Shown: one piece after another, positions 47,854 through 55,982 of the stretch
How positions within the stretch are numbered: the stretch's first letter is position 1
Layout: each line of letters begins with the position of its first letter
IMG/VR virus record: IMGVR_UViG_3300025289_000030
Location: 1 to 55,982 of that record
Strand: one strand, 5' to 3'
Source: a virus
Taxonomy: Duplodnaviria > Caudoviricetes
DNA length: 55,982 nucleotides
Made by a program: the position numbers and the translations under genes
Notes under the pieces: model-generated
What the model saw: the letters and a program-made list of their open reading frames with translations, nothing else
Database searches by the model: none
Told to the model about the DNA's origin: nothing

Positions 47854-47990
47854 GGTTTTAAGCTTTGAGAAGTAGAATCGCTATATGGTAACTCCCACAT
47901 TCCGCTTCTTGAATATGACCATCTATACTGCCAATGATATGTGTGGGAATATGAAAACCTATTATTTTTATAATTGCGTATAAAGTGCAT
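47850..47990 (-). CDS. Ser/aromatic-rich peptide (46 aa)
   Basis: Manual translation MHFIRNYKNNRFSYSHTYHWQYRWSYSRSGMWELPYSDSTSQSLKP; TGATG and ATGA overlaps; not in ORF track. Confidence 0.6.
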   Translation of the reverse strand: MHFIRNYKNNRFSYSHTYHWQYRWSYSRSGMWELPYSDSTSQSLKP

Positions 47991-48226
47991 CATAAATGTC
48001 TACCTGAATTACAAAGTGAATTAGAATATGCAAAACCAAAAAATCCATCTTTAAATCTAGAGTAAGATCTAGAACAAACTCTCCATCTGGAATCTAGTCG
48101 AGATGCACAAAAAGAAGTAAATTTATACTCATATTTATGTACTCTACAGACTGAACCACACATTTTAAAATAAGCGCTTTTTGATCTAGAACAATAATAA
48201 GGCTTTTTAATTATAAAATAAATCAT
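47990..48226 (-). CDS. Ser/Cys/aromatic-rich basic peptide, copy A
   Basis: 78 aa paralogue of 47435..47671; TAATG-coupled to the upstream gene. Confidence 0.7.
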   Translation of the reverse strand: MIYFIIKKPYYCSRSKSAYFKMCGSVCRVHKYEYKFTSFCASRLDSRWRVCSRSYSRFKDGFFGFAYSNSLCNSGRHL

Positions 48227-48489
48227 TATTTAGTTTCTCTTGGCAAAGGATGTCGCCATTCATACACGTCAACAATAGATGCAATTGAAACTCTAATTGG
48301 GCACGTAACACATTCGACTTCACTTAAAGTGCCCGTCTCAATAGCTTCACCAAAACGTCCTGAATCTGCTACCCAAGCAGCATCTTTTAAAAATATAAAA
48401 CCACCTACTATTTCAGTTATTTCGCCTGTGCAATGATACGTCACAGTTCTAATAAATACTTTTTCTCCGATTTTAAAAGCTTCTGACAT
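48226..48489 (-). CDS. Small beta-barrel (Sm/SH3-like, DUF6948-like) phage protein
   Basis: IGEKVFIRTVTYHCTG...LKDAAWVADSGRF..A...G.LSEVE; family recognised from memory. Confidence 0.65.
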   Translation of the reverse strand: MSEAFKIGEKVFIRTVTYHCTGEITEIVGGFIFLKDAAWVADSGRFGEAIETGTLSEVECVTCPIRVSIASIVDVYEWRHPLPRETK

Positions 48490-48589
48490 ATATACCTTTA
48501 TTAAAAATAAAAACTATGCACCGCAGCATGATTGTACTACGGCGCACAGAAAGCCCATGCTTTTTTAAAAGTTTGATCAACTTTTATAA

Positions 48590-48618
48590 AGATTAGCACG
48601 AGAATTAAAAGCTGTCAA
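48590..48618 (-). promoter_or_regulatory. Sigma70-type promoter for the 48489-leftward operon
   Basis: TTGACA-N17-TAATCT with extended -10 TG; -35 overlapped by the degenerate operator CAATCATTTTGATAT (48616-48630). Confidence 0.6.
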
Positions 48619-48635
48619 TCATTTTGATATGAACT

Positions 48636-48707
48636 AGGCTTAGGTGGGAATCGAACTCACGAATATTGGGTTTGCAATCCAATGCATTACCACTTTGCTA
48701 CTAAACC
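48636..48707 (-). tRNA. tRNA-Cys(GCA)
   Basis: GGTTTAG TA GCAA AGTGGTA ATGC A TTGGA TT-GCA-AA CCCAA TATTC GTGAG TTCGATT CCCAC CTAAGCC T. 7-bp acceptor stem, U73 discriminator, one A-C mismatch each in the anticodon and T stems, CCA not encoded. Confidence 0.9.
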
Positions 48708-49014
48708 ATATTATAATCAGTACAATAAAACAGCCCCTTAAAATATTAATTCTAAGAGGCTGCCGAAATACTATTGTTATTTATGTTAAGTCTATTTAAG
48801 GAGAACAGTCGTACTTTGACTGCTTAAAAATTATAATAACTGATTATTTTAAATTTAGCTAGCCAAATTAATTTCATTAGCGTATATATTTTTAATACAC
48901 TCAATTCGAGTGTATGCAATCAAAAATATTGTAATATTGGCTCTTTAAAATAAAAAATGCTGGAAGTTAAGTAAGTTAAATTCCAGCACTCTACGATTAA
49001 TTAAGGCATAAATT

Positions 49015-51540
49015 ATGAATGATAAGTATGAATCATCTATAACACCTAGAAATAACAAAGTCAATTATAAAATAGAAGAAATACTGAGATACTTAAAACT
49101 GTTAAGTGTCATTGATTGTGATGTGCTCTGCTTTAGCTTTATGGATTTAGAAAGTAAAAAAGTGCTTCCAGGTTGTGGCACAGTGCAGCTACAGTCTTTG
49201 GAAGTGAGTGAATACTTAGCTAGAATATGTGAACCGTTCACGCTGCACGTGTGCTTAAACCAAACCAATTTTAAAGGCAGACGTCGTGAGCACATGGTAG
49301 CACCAAGGGTATTATGTTTGGATATTGATAGAGAATTGGATAGAAAGGAGTGGGAACAAATAGTACGGTATGAGGTAAATTTTGTAGTCGAAACGTCGCC
49401 GAAACGCTATCACTTTTACTGGAAAATTGATCCAGGAATCAGCCTAGAAAATTGGAAACTATTGCAAGCAGGAATTGCTGCCAAGTTTGATGGTGATCTA
49501 AATTTAGCACAGGTGCAGCACACAGTTCGTGTGCCTGGATGTGAGCGCATATGTAAAGGTGTCGCCGATGTGCGTTTTATGCCGACTCTATACGACTGCG
49601 ACCTACCACATAAACCATACGTACTAACTGATTTAACTGCAATATTTCCAGGGATATTAGGGAAGGGCAAGAAAGCAATTCTAGCACAAAATAAAGGTAA
49701 AAAAAAGATAAATAATTTAATAACACAAGCAATTGAAAATAAATCAAACGGCTGTTTTAGTGAATCCATTAATGCAGCACTAGCTACTGAACTAGGCAAA
49801 ATCGGTCATAGAAACAATAGTTTATATAGTATACTTTCTACATATATTAGGAAAAATAAAGCTATGAAAAGTAAAAAAAGGCTGTGTGAGGAAGTTGCGG
49901 CACTGGCACAATATGCTAACTCTCATTTTGAGAAACCACTTAGTCAAGAAGAAATCACTAAAACTATAACTTCCGCTATAACAAGAGGATTAGAGGCTAA
50001 AAGCGAGCCGCAGAACGGACATTATGAGGAAAAGGGTAGTCAAGGTGGTGTGAGTGAAGAAAAGCGGTGTGAGAGCTTTAAATACGATTATAGCGACCCA
50101 CACATAATGACAGGCACAATATCAGACGTGTCAATTAAAGCTAGAATAGTACAACGTTATAAGGAGTACTTATGCGCTGTAGGCAATGTACTTTATGCTT
50201 TCAACCAGCATGATAATAATTGGTATTCGCAAAAAGACAATACAAGCGTAGTTAATGCGTTTGCAATTGAATGCGTTAAAGATGTTTTCACTGAACAAAA
50301 GTTTAAAGAAAGATGTTACGATAAAAAAGGCTTTTCTACACTTAAGTACGATAAAGAAACAGAAAAATATTTATCAAATAATCGTATATCAGGAGTGCTG
50401 GCACAGTTAAAAAACTCAGTATTTAATATTGAAACAAAGAATTTAGATGATTTTGATAGTGATAAAGCACATCTTAACTGCAAAAATGGCTATGTAAATT
50501 TAATTGAAGGCACAATTAGAGCACCAAAATCCAATGACTATCTGCTTTTAAAAACAAAAATCTCTTTTGATGCTTCGGCAAAATGCCCAAAATGGAAACA
50601 ATTCTTAGCTGAGATTTTTGAAAATAACGAAGCACCAGAAGCTATGATTTCTTTTCTGCAAGAAGTATTCGGCTATAGTTTAACTGCCTCTATTGCAGCA
50701 CAAAAGTTATTCATACACTGCGGCAGCGGCTCAAACGGCAAAAGTATTGTGTTATATTGCTTACGTTATTTACTTGATAATTATGCCGCTGTCTTAGACT
50801 GTAAATCTTTAAGCACTACAAAATATGGAATACAAAAAGATCCACTTAGAATAGGAGTTAAATTAGTAGGTAAAAGAATTGCTATTATGGATGAAGTTGA
50901 CACAGATTCGGTATGGGGAGAGGCACTAGTTAAAAGTCTACTAGGAGCATATGTATTATCAAGAAAGCTCTTTGGTGAAGAGGAGGAAGTACTAAATAGA
51001 GCTAAATTCCATATAGGCTGTAATGATATACCTAAAACACAGAGCGAAAGTGAAGCACTGCTTCGACGACTATGCATTATCCCTTACAATAGAGAATTTA
51101 CCCCTAATGCAGCTAAAGAAGCATTATTACAAAAAATGATAAGAGAAGAAAGCTCAGGTATATTAAATTGGGCAATAGAAGGGCTAGTACGCTACTTAGA
51201 AATCAAAAAAGATGAAAACGGTGAGGAAATTTTAGATAGTTTTAATTATCCTGAAGAATGTACGGTAAAGCTTATTGAATACAGGGCAGATAACTTTATA
51301 CATGAGAAAACAGCAGCAGAATTAATAATAAAAGGTGACGAAAACAACAAAAACGACTGGCACTCATTAAATAGTATCCAAGAATGGTATAATAAAAATT
51401 CAAGCTTAACACCGATAAGTATCCAACAACTGGGCACTATTTTAACATCTAAGCAAAAAGTGTTAAAGTTACGAACACACAAAAATAAGGTGAAAGCCAC
51501 GTTTTATTGCGTAAAAATGCGGGTTTTATTAATAAAATAA
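49015..51540 (+). CDS. Primase-helicase (RepB-like primase + PriCT + D5/P4-type SF3 helicase)
   Basis: CLDID, VETSPKRYHFYW, VRVPG, RNNSL, LNCKNG, CPKWKQFL, Walker A GSGSNGKS, ALLRRL. Confidence 0.9.
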   Translation: MNDKYESSITPRNNKVNYKIEEILRYLKLLSVIDCDVLCFSFMDLESKKVLPGCGTVQLQSLEVSEYLARICEPFTLHVCLNQTNFKGRRREHMVAPRVLCLDIDRELDRKEWEQIVRYEVNFVVETSPKRYHFYWKIDPGISLENWKLLQAGIAAKFDGDLNLAQVQHTVRVPGCERICKGVADVRFMPTLYDCDLPHKPYVLTDLTAIFPGILGKGKKAILAQNKGKKKINNLITQAIENKSNGCFSESINAALATELGKIGHRNNSLYSILSTYIRKNKAMKSKKRLCEEVAALAQYANSHFEKPLSQEEITKTITSAITRGLEAKSEPQNGHYEEKGSQGGVSEEKRCESFKYDYSDPHIMTGTISDVSIKARIVQRYKEYLCAVGNVLYAFNQHDNNWYSQKDNTSVVNAFAIECVKDVFTEQKFKERCYDKKGFSTLKYDKETEKYLSNNRISGVLAQLKNSVFNIETKNLDDFDSDKAHLNCKNGYVNLIEGTIRAPKSNDYLLLKTKISFDASAKCPKWKQFLAEIFENNEAPEAMISFLQEVFGYSLTASIAAQKLFIHCGSGSNGKSIVLYCLRYLLDNYAAVLDCKSLSTTKYGIQKDPLRIGVKLVGKRIAIMDEVDTDSVWGEALVKSLLGAYVLSRKLFGEEEEVLNRAKFHIGCNDIPKTQSESEALLRRLCIIPYNREFTPNAAKEALLQKMIREESSGILNWAIEGLVRYLEIKKDENGEEILDSFNYPEECTVKLIEYRADNFIHEKTAAELIIKGDENNKNDWHSLNSIQEWYNKNSSLTPISIQQLGTILTSKQKVLKLRTHKNKVKATFYCVKMRVLLIK

Positions 51541-51952
51541 TTTCCGTGTCCAGGCTGTACTTTTTTCGCTTAACACATAACTTATTGATAAATATATATG
51601 TAACCGTGTTTCCGTGTCCAGGCTAAGCGATTTTTTTAGCCTGGGCTAGCCTGGACTGGACAAACATATTTATATTTATCAATAAGTTAAGTATGTGTGT
51701 CCAGGCTGTGTCTTATATTACTTAACCTTATTCTATATAAAATATTATATAGGTATACTATAGAGTGGACATATAGTGTATATATTTATATATAGGAAAG
51801 AGATGCCCGAATAGCCTGGACAGGGTGGACAGTGGAACAATATCAATAGGTTATAAGAATCAGAGTGTCCTAGCCTGTCCTCAGGGTGGACAAATTTTCG
51901 GAAAATTACATTATTATGAATAACTTAAGTCAATTTGCAAGGGTGGACAAAC
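51541..51952. other. Putative replication origin: iterons in both orientations plus IHF-like sites
   Basis: TTTCCGTGTCCAGGCT at 51541 and 51609; GTGTCCAGGCT at 51697; inverted AGCCTGGAC near 51648 and 51813; AGGGTGGACA near 51822, 51883, 51940. WATCAANNNNTTR at 51578-51590(-), 51677-51689 and 51841-51853. AT-rich core; directly downstream of the primase-helicase. Confidence 0.75.
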
Positions 51953-52393
51953 TGGTTTAAGTCAATTAAACCTATGATGAATAAGAAATTTAACTATAAA
52001 CTCTATGAAGTGCTTTCTATATATGAAAACTTACATATTTTTGGTTTTTCTTGGGGGGAGGATTTATTTAAAGAGGAGTTTTTAGTTTCAAGAAATAAAC
52101 TAATAACTGCCGAATCGAGCATAAAATCAGCTATGTTATTTTTGCTGTATGCTAAACTTCAGCCTAAAATATTAAGTAAAGGTAATAACTTTAGTTCTTA
52201 TAGCTTAAAACATGTTTGTGAGCGCTGGTTAAGCTCTTATATTTCTAATGGCGTAATGATTACAGCAGCTTTAATGTTAAATTGGAAAGTAAAAGCTTTT
52301 AAATTAAATATAAACGCAACTATATATAAGCCTAAAGACTGGGATTGGGGTATTAATTTTAAATTACCTAATAAAAGTAATATGAGTTTATAA
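51935..52393 (+). CDS. Conserved hypothetical protein
   Basis: SSYSLKHVCE...YISNG..ITAA motif; true start probably the ATG near 51973. Confidence 0.55.
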   Translation: MQGWTNWFKSIKPMMNKKFNYKLYEVLSIYENLHIFGFSWGEDLFKEEFLVSRNKLITAESSIKSAMLFLLYAKLQPKILSKGNNFSSYSLKHVCERWLSSYISNGVMITAALMLNWKVKAFKLNINATIYKPKDWDWGINFKLPNKSNMSL

Positions 52394-53179
52394 AAGTTTT
52401 ACTTGCTTAGGATCATGATATTTATACGGATCTATGATTTTATCCAGTGTTTGCTCTGATAAAGTAACATCTAAGAGAGTTATAGGCTCACAATTATGAT
52501 AAATATCAAAAGTTTTACTTGTGCCAATGGGATTAATAAGCCTATCTAGATCAATTGAACACTCACAGCCAGTTTCATGTGAAAAATATGTGTTAGTTGT
52601 TTCTTTTAGGGTTTGAAATAAGCTAAATAGTGCTGCATCACATAATAATTCTACTTTTTCTATAAACTTAGGGCTAAAATCAGTATTATTTTCTAAATGA
52701 GCTACTAATTTATAGCTAAAATCAGATCTATAAATTGATTCCCAGGCTTCCCATTCTAAATCATTTTCAAGATTACTATGGTGTTCTTCATTAATTAATG
52801 GATAATTTTCTAAGTCTTTTAAAGTTTTAAGGGCTTCTATGCTGTCAAATAGCTTTATATTTATAAGTAATGATTTAGAATTATGCATCTCTTTATACAC
52901 TTCCAGCCATGGCATATTTTTAAAATTTTCATAAAAAACTTCATGATTAGAACGTGTTACACTGCATCCAGTGTAATCGCCGTAAACTAATAATGAAGGT
53001 GCATAATAAACTATTTTACTATAATCAGACAAATTACTAGTCGGTTGAAATGTGTTTTTAGGATGCTGTTCAGCGTCAAAAAAACAAGCATGTAAATCAC
53101 TATGCATAATGTCAATTAGTTCAGTTAATATATTGTTATTCATATATTTATTCCTTTTATAAATCAAATAATTCTTCAA
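52388..53179 (-). CDS. Hypothetical early protein
   Basis: 263 aa ORF containing LENYPLINEEHHS; start probably MNNN after AAGGA. Confidence 0.6.
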   Translation of the reverse strand: MKNYLIYKRNKYMNNNILTELIDIMHSDLHACFFDAEQHPKNTFQPTSNLSDYSKIVYYAPSLLVYGDYTGCSVTRSNHEVFYENFKNMPWLEVYKEMHNSKSLLINIKLFDSIEALKTLKDLENYPLINEEHHSNLENDLEWEAWESIYRSDFSYKLVAHLENNTDFSPKFIEKVELLCDAALFSLFQTLKETTNTYFSHETGCECSIDLDRLINPIGTSKTFDIYHNCEPITLLDVTLSEQTLDKIIDPYKYHDPKQVKLL

Positions 53180-53510
53180 TAGCGCACTTTATTGTAGTGT
53201 CGGTTAGTCCGAATTCATCATCAATATTGTTATTGAGGTGATTTAATACTTCTCTGGCTTGTGCTTTAGAGAGTTTAGTATTTAGAGCTTTAATATGTGA
53301 GATATTGACTGTGTGAGATATTTCATTTTCAGATTTATACGGTTTATTAATTAATTGTTGCACACAAAATGTAAGAAAGTTAATTTTGTTTTGAGTGTCC
53401 AATTGAACCGATACATCAAATATAAGATCAAAGTCGTAATTTAATTCACTAAACACATGCGATAAATTACCATTTATCCACGATTCTGCTAGTTCTTTTG
53501 CTTTGTTCAT
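53157..53510 (-). CDS. Hypothetical early protein
   Basis: 117 aa, ATGA-coupled. Confidence 0.55.
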   Translation of the reverse strand: MNKAKELAESWINGNLSHVFSELNYDFDLIFDVSVQLDTQNKINFLTFCVQQLINKPYKSENEISHTVNISHIKALNTKLSKAQAREVLNHLNNNIDDEFGLTDTTIKCAIEELFDL

Positions 53511-53860
53511 AAGTTGCCTTGTATATTGTTAATTAAATGTTGAGTGTACAAATCTTTGCCTTTATCATCATTACCTATTAATTTTGCATTTGCTGGCATA
53601 GCTTGTGCGCGTTTAATATCTCTTGATAATTCAATAGCAAACTTTAAATTATAGTATAGTTCTGTTTTAGTGTATGTTTCATGTCCAAACGGCATAGTAA
53701 TTCCATAATTATCTAACATACGGGCTATAGACCATGAATTAGTACCATTATCCCATAGTGCCAATGCGCCTTCGTCTAATCTATTTTTAGCTACTCTATA
53801 TCCGTAACTGTCACAAAATACTTTAAAGATGCCTTCTAAGTTTTTAGTTGTTGCTTTCAT
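53507..53860 (-). CDS. Hypothetical early protein
   Basis: 117 aa, AAGGG RBS. Confidence 0.55.
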   Translation of the reverse strand: MKATTKNLEGIFKVFCDSYGYRVAKNRLDEGALALWDNGTNSWSIARMLDNYGITMPFGHETYTKTELYYNLKFAIELSRDIKRAQAMPANAKLIGNDDKGKDLYTQHLINNIQGNL

Positions 53861-53944
53861 AATTTTTAGCCCTTTTTAAGGTCTAGGTTAAACGATTTTA
53901 GCTAAGTACATGCTAGACCATGTACCTAGCATCAATGACTTAGC

Positions 53945-54343
53945 CTAATACTCAGTGGTGAGCATTATGACAAACTTAACGGGGTCATAATCAGCTAGTT
54001 GGCTGTAACATTGAAAAGGACTAAGCGGAAAGTCAGTAAAACTTAGTTTAGTTTGATCTAGAATATTATTGTTACCGTCGGAATATTGAATAACCGCTTC
54101 TTTTCCTTTTTTAAATAATCTAACTACAATAAATACATTATCATTATTTTTCTTGTATAATTCTAATGTTTTAGCGGCTATTTCATTCATTAACCAATAG
54201 CAATTTGCTTCATTAGCTAAATAAGCCATGCCGTCTGTGAATACGACATTTTTAAACAATGTAAGCCTATGATAGTTTTCTGTACCATAAAACTGATGTA
54301 AATCAGCTTGTGTTAATTCTTTGTTTTCTTCAGTGTTATTCAT
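53945..54343 (-). CDS. DUF6876-like protein
   Basis: LHQFYGTENYHR..FTDGMAYLA...CYWLM..IA...FTDFPL...ML..EY. Confidence 0.7.
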   Translation of the reverse strand: MNNTEENKELTQADLHQFYGTENYHRLTLFKNVVFTDGMAYLANEANCYWLMNEIAAKTLELYKKNNDNVFIVVRLFKKGKEAVIQYSDGNNNILDQTKLSFTDFPLSPFQCYSQLADYDPVKFVIMLTTEY

Positions 54344-54401
54344 AAGTTATGTCCTTTTTTAAGTTAAAATATTCAATTTTTATGATTGACTTTATTTTTT
54401 A

Positions 54402-54430
54402 AGTATAGTCAATCAAAATGATTGAGTCAA
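54402..54430 (-). promoter_or_regulatory. Sigma70 promoter with a palindromic operator in its spacer
   Basis: TTGACT-CAATCATTTTGATTGAC(17 nt)-TATACT on the minus strand. Confidence 0.8.
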
Positions 54431-54539
54431 GCTAAATGCAAAATAAATTTAATATGATAATTAATCCAATTATACGAATAATTGCTGTTAGAGTTATTTG
54501 TACAAAAGGTTTAATAAAATCAAGTAGTTGTATCATATA

Positions 54540-54767
54540 TTATGCTCTTAAAAACATTTCAGTTACATGCAGTCTAGCCCAATCCTCACATGTATTTTCC
54601 CACGGCATGAGTCGCAAAGCCTTAATCATATGTTTTGTTGGTATATCTTTATGTGGAGGTCGTTTATTATACTGCTGCACATAATCAGCTATTGCAGCAT
54701 TGTAATAATCGTTATCAGTTAGTTTATAGTAACTTTGCTCGTTTTTAGCTTTTTTTGTATAGTCCAT
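54540..54767 (-). CDS. Hypothetical early protein
   Basis: 75 aa, AAGG RBS. Confidence 0.55.
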   Translation of the reverse strand: MDYTKKAKNEQSYYKLTDNDYYNAAIADYVQQYNKRPPHKDIPTKHMIKALRLMPWENTCEDWARLHVTEMFLRA

Positions 54768-54851
54768 ATTATGCCTTTCTTTAAGAGAGTATAATTACTC
54801 TAATAATAACTCATATGTTAATAATGCAATGTGAGTTATCAATTACAGTAA

Positions 54852-55406
54852 TTATATACGCCAAATTACTTCTATTTTTTCAACATTTTCTGTTTTTAAT
54901 AATAATTCTAATGGATTATTAGAATTATCAGTTAATAATATGTGTCCAGTAAATTTTTCTGGTACAAGATGCATAAAGTCTTTTGGTATAAGATAATGAG
55001 TATCGAGACCTTGCAAAATTATACCGTCAAAGTCATATTTTACATTTTCTATGCTGCACCATAAGCCAAAAGATCCATCGTTAAAACCTAGGTATGTATA
55101 GTCTGGAGTGTAGGTATTAAGTATATCACATGCTTCAGTGACTAACTCATCTGCAATAGATTCTAGTTCACCATCTAGATCAGAATCTACATTAGAATTA
55201 CGATATATTTCATTTAGTTCTTTATTAGTTGAACTAATAAATTTACCTATTTCAAGTAATAAAGCCTTTGTTTTATTGCATTTTATAGCTAATTGTATTG
55301 TTAGACTTTCATTTAGTAAGTCATGCAAAAAACCAAGTACATTACGATTATCTCTAATACTCATGTCTAAGTAGCAGCCAATTTCTAATTTTAATTTTTT
55401 ATTCAT
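54852..55406 (-). CDS. Hypothetical early protein
   Basis: 184 aa, AAGGA RBS, YLGFNDGSFGLW segment. Confidence 0.6.
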   Translation of the reverse strand: MNKKLKLEIGCYLDMSIRDNRNVLGFLHDLLNESLTIQLAIKCNKTKALLLEIGKFISSTNKELNEIYRNSNVDSDLDGELESIADELVTEACDILNTYTPDYTYLGFNDGSFGLWCSIENVKYDFDGIILQGLDTHYLIPKDFMHLVPEKFTGHILLTDNSNNPLELLLKTENVEKIEVIWRI

Positions 55407-55465
55407 TTTTTAATCCTTCTGATTGATTTAATTGATTAAATTATTGCATTGTTTGCAATAAAAAC

Positions 55466-55507
55466 ATTTTCGCATAATTTTTAGATCGTGTCAATCATTT
55501 TGATTGA
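55466..55507 (-). promoter_or_regulatory. Sigma70 promoter with overlapping operator
   Basis: TTGACA(55494-55489)-N17-GAAAAT; TCAATCA-TTT-TGATTGA at 55491-55507 overlaps the -35. Confidence 0.6.
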
Positions 55508-55832
55508 AATAATAAAAATAAATTAAACTCACACATAAAAACACTCACACATTTAGCTCATGCCGCAAGCCTCGCACTTATTAGTATATTAATTCAGTAT
55601 ATTCAATGTATTATATGTATATATTATGTGTGTTATTAGCTAAGTCCTTACTATGCATCACATCCCGAGAATAATAATTCTAGTGAAGTAGACTTTGCTT
55701 AAGATTGATATAGGTGAGGTATAAAGAGGACTCTCTTATTTTTAGGATTCTATTAGAGTCAGGAAAAATTTAGACCGCCCCCGTATGTACTCTATATGTA
55801 CATCCGTATTTTTTACTCACATCGCGCAATAG

Positions 55833-55885
55833 AAGCAATCTTTTTGATTGAAATTACACTAATATAAGCAATCTTTTTGATTGAA
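55833..55885. repeat. Tandem 20-bp direct repeat, each copy carrying the CAATC-N5-GATTG palindrome
   Basis: AAGCAATCTTTTTGATTGAA at 55833-55852 and 55866-55885 (33-bp period). Confidence 0.85.
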
Positions 55886-55982
55886 TGTAACCCATTACCT
55901 ATACAAATAGCACCCCCACCCCACCCCATTTAGGATCTTCATATACTAATTCTATGTGCATGTATTGCATTTTTAGTGCTTC

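Noticed and set aside
47435-48226. The two 78-codon paralogues as a DGR template/variable repeat pair
   Set aside because: Differences are not restricted to adenines (many T/C and T/G changes, many synonymous) and no reverse transcriptase is present
47435-48226. Ser/Cys-rich peptides as RiPP (azole/lanthipeptide) precursors
   Set aside because: No YcaO, LanM/LanB, radical SAM or transporter genes in the window, and no leader/core division
48636-48707. tRNA as a prophage attachment site
   Set aside because: No integrase recognised, no duplicated tRNA 3' end, and phage genes on both sides
51541-51952. Repeats as a CRISPR array
   Set aside because: Repeats are short, in both orientations and irregularly spaced; no cas operon. 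The Cas4-like gene is a standard phage replication-module nuclease.
55913-55927. G-quadruplex on the minus strand
   Set aside because: Only three G-tracts are adjacent; a fourth is lacking
1-55982. Window as a closed circular genome
   Set aside because: Joining the ends extends terL by only about three codons (GAG AAG CAC TAA), leaving no nuclease domain, so sequence is missing
1-55982. Stop-codon reassignment
   Set aside because: Long genes are intact under code 11, and TAA, TAG and TGA all occur at coupled gene ends; no suppressor tRNA seen

Overview
AT-rich, near-complete genome segment of a tailed dsDNA bacteriophage with podovirus-like gene order, probably infecting a diderm (Gram-negative) host. 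At the left end, a partial terminase large subunit (minus strand, absent from the ORF track) is transcribed divergently from a ~31 kb plus-strand virion operon. That operon holds a portal, scaffold, Cys-rich major capsid, duplicated Cys-rich fibre/decoration modules, a beta-helix tailspike, a peptidoglycan hydrolase, tail tube/nozzle candidates and three huge Cys-free ejection proteins. The minus-strand middle region encodes a resolvase, basic micro-proteins, a PLA2-like protein, an Acb2/Tad1-like sponge, PolA, SSB, a DUF2800-type nuclease, a metzincin, several small lipoproteins, a secreted paralogue of a tail-fibre gene, a Dam-type MTase, an SNF2 helicase, a coupled array of Ser-rich peptides and a single tRNA-Cys. 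A RepB-type primase/SF3 helicase is followed by an iteron- and IHF-site-rich origin, then small early genes. The most notable signals are: (1) sharp partitioning of cysteine between shell and injected proteins, alongside a lone tRNA-Cys; (2) a signal-peptide-bearing copy of a fibre domain inside an envelope-targeted cassette; (3) a small beta-barrel gene translationally coupled to four Ser/aromatic-alternating peptides; (4) a CAATC-N5-GATTG operator over sigma70 promoters. Family assignments come from motif recognition, not database searches.
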